Origin: Armatimonadota bacterium
Lineage (GTDB): Bacteria; Armatimonadota; HRBIN16
NCBI GenBank assembly: GCA_963677485.1
Contig: OY781964.1
Location: 3,488,001-3,552,000, forward strand
Direction: 5' to 3'
Length of the DNA: 64,000 nt
The notes beneath the pieces were generated by a model. That model did not search any database. It saw only the letters and a list, made by a program, of their open reading frames with translations, and had not been told where the DNA came from. This document shows positions 59,794 through 64,000 of the stretch, in pieces. The first letter of the stretch is position 1. Every line of letters starts with the position of its first letter. The position numbers and the translations under genes are program-made.

Positions 59794-60087
59794 TTATCCT
59801 TCTATCGGATGCATCTGGGCTGCCTGCAGTTTACACTCGCTGATGACATCAGCAGGGATCATTCTATAAGCGAACCATATGGTACTTGGCACTATGAGTA
59901 GGTCATCTAGGTAGCCCAAAACCGGGATAAAATCCGGAATGATATCTATGGGCGAGGCTGCATAGGCCAGCGCTGCTAGAAGCATAATTCGGGAGAGCCA
60001 AGGAGTGCGTGGATGTGAAGCAACTAGCTTCACCACGGTCAGTTGTTGTTTGATATTCTGTAGTTTTTGCTTGATTTTAGGGTTCAT
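59794..60087 (-). CDS. DUF1232/YkvA-family small membrane protein
   Basis: AYAASPIDIIPDFIPVLGYLDD. Confidence 0.9.
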   Translation of the reverse strand: MNPKIKQKLQNIKQQLTVVKLVASHPRTPWLSRIMLLAALAYAASPIDIIPDFIPVLGYLDDLLIVPSTIWFAYRMIPADVISECKLQAAQMHPIEG

Positions 60088-60097
60088 ATGAGGTGAT

Positions 60098-60124
60098 GAA
60101 GTGGGGGCTGATGCCCCCACTTCG
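60098..60124 (-). terminator. Hairpin after dnaN
   Basis: GAAGTGGGGGC-TGAT-GCCCCCACTTC. Confidence 0.6.
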
Positions 60125-60138
60125 CTTCAGTTCAATGC

Positions 60139-61260
60139 TCAACCTGACGCCATGGGCATCATCACGCATAGGAACGCATCATCATCGACTGGTCTGACGA
60201 TGAACGGCCGTAGTGGCTCTGTCAGCTCGATCTGAACACCATCCGAATCCAGCACGTTCAGTAAGTCCACCAGATATCGGCCGTTGCAGATCAAAGTGAT
60301 GTCATCGCCTTCGCGTACCATGTCCACTTCATCATGAGCGCGACCTGACATCGGGCTTTGGGCCTCCAGCATCAGATACTCGCCGCTGGTGCTCAGGGTG
60401 ACTCGGTTCATGTCATCGCGCGAGACGATGTTCACACGTTTGCACTTGCTGAGCAGCGACGCCGTCTCCATGGTCAGCTTGCGTGTGCAGTTGGCCGGGA
60501 TGATGCGCTGATAGCTGGGGAACTGCCCTTCGATCAGCCGGGCCGTCATCAGCACCTGACGTGGGCTGTCGGCCAGACGGAAACATATGTGTGTGTTGCT
60601 GAGGGTGATCGAGACATCACCGTCATAGTCGTTGATGATCCGCAGCAGTTCATTCAAAGCTCTGGCGGGTACGACAGCTGATACGATGTCGTCCAGAGCA
60701 TTGGTGCCTATGATGGCAGAACGAACCGCCATACGGTGCGTATCGGTGCCAACAAGACGAAAAGTCACGCCATCATACTCCAGCAGCTCCCCCGCCAAAA
60801 TCGGGCGAGTGTCGTCGCTGGCTACGGCGAAGCTGGTCTGCTTGATCATCTCTTTCAGAGTGCCAGCCGGCACACTAATCGCTACCCCTTCAGTGGGTGC
60901 AATCAATGGGGTGTACTCTTCAGGGTCACGGCCCAGAAGTTTGTATTCGGAGCGTTCGGCGGTGAGGCGGGTGCTAAATGAAAGATCGCTCTCTAAAGTA
61001 ATGGTACCGTCCGGCCATGTGTTCAACACTTCATTGGCGGTTTTAGAGGGGATAGTGATCTGACCCTCTTGATCCACCGTGCATGGAACCAGGCACTCGA
61101 TGCTCATTTCAAGGTCTGTGGCTGATAAATAGATGCCATCTTGTCGCGTCGAAATGAGTATGTTCTGTAGAATTGCCATAGAGCTGCGCTGACTCACTGC
61201 GTGAGACACCGTGCTAACGCCTTCTTGCAGGTCTTTCCGGATAGCGGAAACTTTCATCAT
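60139..61260 (-). CDS. dnaN: DNA polymerase III beta sliding clamp
   Basis: ATDLE, RPILAG, GTDTHRM, RLIEGQFPSYQRIIP, C-terminal VMMPM. Confidence 0.93.
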   Translation of the reverse strand: MMKVSAIRKDLQEGVSTVSHAVSQRSSMAILQNILISTRQDGIYLSATDLEMSIECLVPCTVDQEGQITIPSKTANEVLNTWPDGTITLESDLSFSTRLTAERSEYKLLGRDPEEYTPLIAPTEGVAISVPAGTLKEMIKQTSFAVASDDTRPILAGELLEYDGVTFRLVGTDTHRMAVRSAIIGTNALDDIVSAVVPARALNELLRIINDYDGDVSITLSNTHICFRLADSPRQVLMTARLIEGQFPSYQRIIPANCTRKLTMETASLLSKCKRVNIVSRDDMNRVTLSTSGEYLMLEAQSPMSGRAHDEVDMVREGDDITLICNGRYLVDLLNVLDSDGVQIELTEPLRPFIVRPVDDDAFLCVMMPMASG

Positions 61261-61340
61261 CGCCTCCGTAGGGTATATGTGAAATTTGTTATATTCATAT
61301 TGATTTTACGTGATATTTCCGATAGTCACAAGCAGGGCTG

Positions 61341-62270
61341 CTATCTGTGACTTTTCAGTTTGTTCAACATCTCGTCGATGATGAGCTTCAGCGATTCGAG
61401 GGTGTCGATTGTTTCAACCCTGGTCTGCTCGTTCATCTCCATGCCTTCCACGTTCGCTACCAGCATGATGGCATCTCTGACGAGTTCATCTGCGGAGCGG
61501 GGTGCTGTCATGGCTCCCATGGGCACAGCGGGCGGCTGTGTTGGCTGTGCATTGCTGGCATACCCATCAACAGGGGGCAGCTCGGGGTTGATCCACTCGG
61601 CCCAGTCGATTTTTGGCGACCTTAACAGGTCACTGGCGTGCTCAGGGTTGTCCTTCATCGCCTTCACAAGCTTGGCGGTGTCGTCGGTATTCAGCTTCTC
61701 AGCCTTAATCTTTTCTACAACCTGGGTCTGCAGCTCCGGCTCATCATTCAGCTGGGTAAGGTATCGCGCATGTTTCGGGGTGATGGCTCCATCGCTAGGG
61801 CGATTGGGGCGGCTCTCCACCTCGTTGGCGATATCCTCCGGCAGATTGAGCAGCTCTAGCGTGTAGCTCAGCATCCGTTCGGAAATCCCCAGCCGACTAG
61901 CCAGCTCTTTGTTGGTCAGTGCCAGCAGCTCCTTGGCCTTTGTCAGCGCTTTCGCCTTGTCAAACGGCTGCAAGTCTTCACGCTGCATGTTCTCAATCAA
62001 CTGGTCGGTGACAATCTCATCGGAGGCCACATCGCGCACGATGCAGGGCAGCTCATACATCCCTGCTAATTGTGCGGCGCGCCAGCGTCGTTCGCCAACC
62101 ACCACCTGGTACATATTGACATTGTGTAGAGGACGTACAAGAAGCGGCTGCAGCAATCCATGTTGTTTGATGCTGTCCGCAAGGCCTTGAAGTGCCTCTT
62201 GATCCATGCTCTTTCGGGGCTGCTCGACGTCTTCCACAATGAGCTGCACCGGTATGAACTGGATTTCCAT
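61341..62270 (-). CDS. ParB/Spo0J-family protein
   Basis: QPRK, LADSIKQHGLLQPLLVR, GERRWRAA, LIENMQREDL, HTH. Confidence 0.9.
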   Translation of the reverse strand: MEIQFIPVQLIVEDVEQPRKSMDQEALQGLADSIKQHGLLQPLLVRPLHNVNMYQVVVGERRWRAAQLAGMYELPCIVRDVASDEIVTDQLIENMQREDLQPFDKAKALTKAKELLALTNKELASRLGISERMLSYTLELLNLPEDIANEVESRPNRPSDGAITPKHARYLTQLNDEPELQTQVVEKIKAEKLNTDDTAKLVKAMKDNPEHASDLLRSPKIDWAEWINPELPPVDGYASNAQPTQPPAVPMGAMTAPRSADELVRDAIMLVANVEGMEMNEQTRVETIDTLESLKLIIDEMLNKLKSHR

Positions 62271-62394
62271 TGGCGAATCCCTCCGAAACTGGTAATGTAA
62301 TTCATGATAGAGTGACGAATGAAGCCACTACTCTAGTAGTCTACACCAACAGGGCTGTGTGATGATGGTTCTGTATGGTATTTAAGGATATAAA

Positions 62395-64000
62395 ATGGTC
62401 AACGGACAGCTACCACTATTGTTACTGGTCGATGGGTACAGTTTGCTTTTCAGAGCATTCTTTGCCTCTCGATATCTTAGCACGTCGCAGGGGGTTCCTA
62501 CCAATGCGGTGTATGGGTTTGCGAACATGCTCATCGGACTGTTGGGCCGTTACCATCCTGAGTCTGCGATCGTAGCGTTTGATTTGCCCGAACCGACATT
62601 TAGGCATATCGAGTACCCAGCGTATAAGGCTCACCGGCCACCCACACCTGAAGAGTTTGTGACACAGATTCCTTACGTCAAGCGTCTGGTGGAGGGGCTG
62701 GGGTTTGGGCAATCTGTGAAGCCTGGGTTCGAAGCCGATGACATCATAGGAACCTACTGCCGTATCGCGGTTGAGCAGGGCTATCGCGTGGTGGTGCTGA
62801 CGGGTGATGGCGACAGCTTCCAACTGGTGAACGACAACGTGAGTATCGTGATGCCCCAGAAGGGGTTTCAAGAAACGACCGTATATGATGCCGCCCAGGT
62901 GATGGAAAAGACGGGTGTGTGGCCGCACCAGATACCAGACCTGAAGGCAATGAAAGGGGATAGCAGCGATAACATCCCTGGGGTGCCCGGAATTGGTGAC
63001 AAGACGGCGGCAGGTCTGCTGGCCAAATGGCCCACGCTGGAGGATATCTACCTGCATGTTGATGAGGTCAAACCGGAGCGGATCAAGAATCTACTTATAG
63101 AACATCGCGAACAGGCGGAACTGAGCAAACGGCTGGCCACCATCATCTGTGATGTGGATGTGGATCCTGTCTTACCAGCCAGGCTAATAAGTCCAGAGGC
63201 TGGCACCCAGCTCGTTGGTTTGATGAATGAGCTGGAGTTCCGCTCAATGGCCCGGAAAGTGGATGCGTTGATCAACGCCCCCTCCTCGCAGTCAGCCTCC
63301 GCAAAACCACTGCCGGAATCGGCACCTAATCCGAGTGTGGCTCTACCTCAGGAGCCGCCTGCTTTGCCAACAGTGATCACCTCGATGACCACAGCAACAC
63401 ATCGTGTGGAGACTACCGCTCAGTTCAACGCGCTGATGAAGCAGCTAGATGATGCAGCAGTGGTGGGTTGTACCATACGCTGGCAGAATACCTCAATACT
63501 TGACATCCACCCAGAGTGGCTGGCGGTGAGTTTGAAACCTGGTGAGGCCTGGCTGCTTTCGTTAAGCGAAGGGGGAGGGCTGTTCGCAGAGCCCTCGCCG
63601 TTTATGCCCATCATGAATAAGCTGGCGAAGACCGCCCGTGTTTGTATCAGCAACAGTAAAAATCTGGCAGCATATCTGCTTCGCGAAAAGATGCCAGTGC
63701 CTCCGCTTTTTGATCCGCTGCTGGCCAACTATGTGCTTGACAGCTCCCGTGGCGGCAACACCATCCAGCAAATCTCGGAAAACTGGCTCTACCAAGAGCT
63801 GCCCACGACTGCGGACCCTATAAACCTTGGGGCGGAAGCTGATGCCACGATGAGGTTGATGCCGCTGCTGCTGGACAGCTTGACGCAGCAGAAAGTGATC
63901 AATGTCTATGAGGATATCGACCTACCGCTAGTGCCTATATTGGCTGAGATGGAGTTGAACGGCATCGCTGCAGACCGCGACTACCTCTTTAAGCTTTCTG
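62395..64000 (+). CDS. polA: DNA polymerase I (partial, runs off window end)
   Basis: Read directly from DNA: MVNGQLPLLLLVDGYSLLFRAFF..PTNAVYGF..YKAHRP..EADDIIGT..GDSSDNIPGVPGIGDKTA; last codons in the same frame give IDLPLVPILAEMELNG. Confidence 0.95.
   Translation, partial: MVNGQLPLLLLVDGYSLLFRAFFASRYLSTSQGVPTNAVYGFANMLIGLLGRYHPESAIVAFDLPEPTFRHIEYPAYKAHRPPTPEEFVTQIPYVKRLVEGLGFGQSVKPGFEADDIIGTYCRIAVEQGYRVVVLTGDGDSFQLVNDNVSIVMPQKGFQETTVYDAAQVMEKTGVWPHQIPDLKAMKGDSSDNIPGVPGIGDKTAAGLLAKWPTLEDIYLHVDEVKPERIKNLLIEHREQAELSKRLATIICDVDVDPVLPARLISPEAGTQLVGLMNELEFRSMARKVDALINAPSSQSASAKPLPESAPNPSVALPQEPPALPTVITSMTTATHRVETTAQFNALMKQLDDAAVVGCTIRWQNTSILDIHPEWLAVSLKPGEAWLLSLSEGGGLFAEPSPFMPIMNKLAKTARVCISNSKNLAAYLLREKMPVPPLFDPLLANYVLDSSRGGNTIQQISENWLYQELPTTADPINLGAEADATMRLMPLLLDSLTQQKVINVYEDIDLPLVPILAEMELNGIAADRDYLFKLS

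Noticed and set aside
61302-61317. parS-like site GATTTTACGTGATATT near parB
   Set aside because: Only 10 of 16 positions match TGTTTCACGTGAAACA and the symmetry is poor
62375-63823. Short ORFs listed at the window end
   Set aside because: All overlap polA, which starts at 62395 and runs off the window, so the ORF track missed it

Overview
Bacterial chromosomal window of moderately high GC. Gene content (dockerin-tailed secreted proteins, degenerate prepilin/H-X9-DG proteins, HspR-controlled dnaK operon) suggests Armatimonadota or a similar lineage; this is inference, not a database result. From left to right: a YtrA/GntR-regulated ABC operon with one ATPase and a run of alternating, divergent permease pairs joined by a near-identical ~235-bp DNA junction (1-6720); a composite palindromic tandem repeat; two GH71/99-like paralogs flanking a Rhesus (Rh50)-type ammonium channel; tRNA-Leu(UAA), lpdA, a BMP lipoprotein, a STAS-USP fusion and thrC; a dnaK-hsp20-dnaJ-hspR operon with a HAIR-like operator; two degenerate prepilin-like genes bracketed by a dispersed repeat; two putative glycoside hydrolase paralogs, one frameshifted; eight paralogous ~715-aa secreted RCC1/BLIP-II 14-blade proteins each ending in a dockerin-like domain (29.9-52.4 kb, interrupted by GH95 and a UroD-family gene); an active/degenerate SGNH pair; alr, femX-like, rluB, DUF1232, dnaN, orphan parB and the start of polA. 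No CRISPR, integrase, transposase or reverse transcriptase was seen. The best candidates for undescribed systems are the dockerin-tagged RCC1 propeller repertoire and the variable ABC-permease cassette array.
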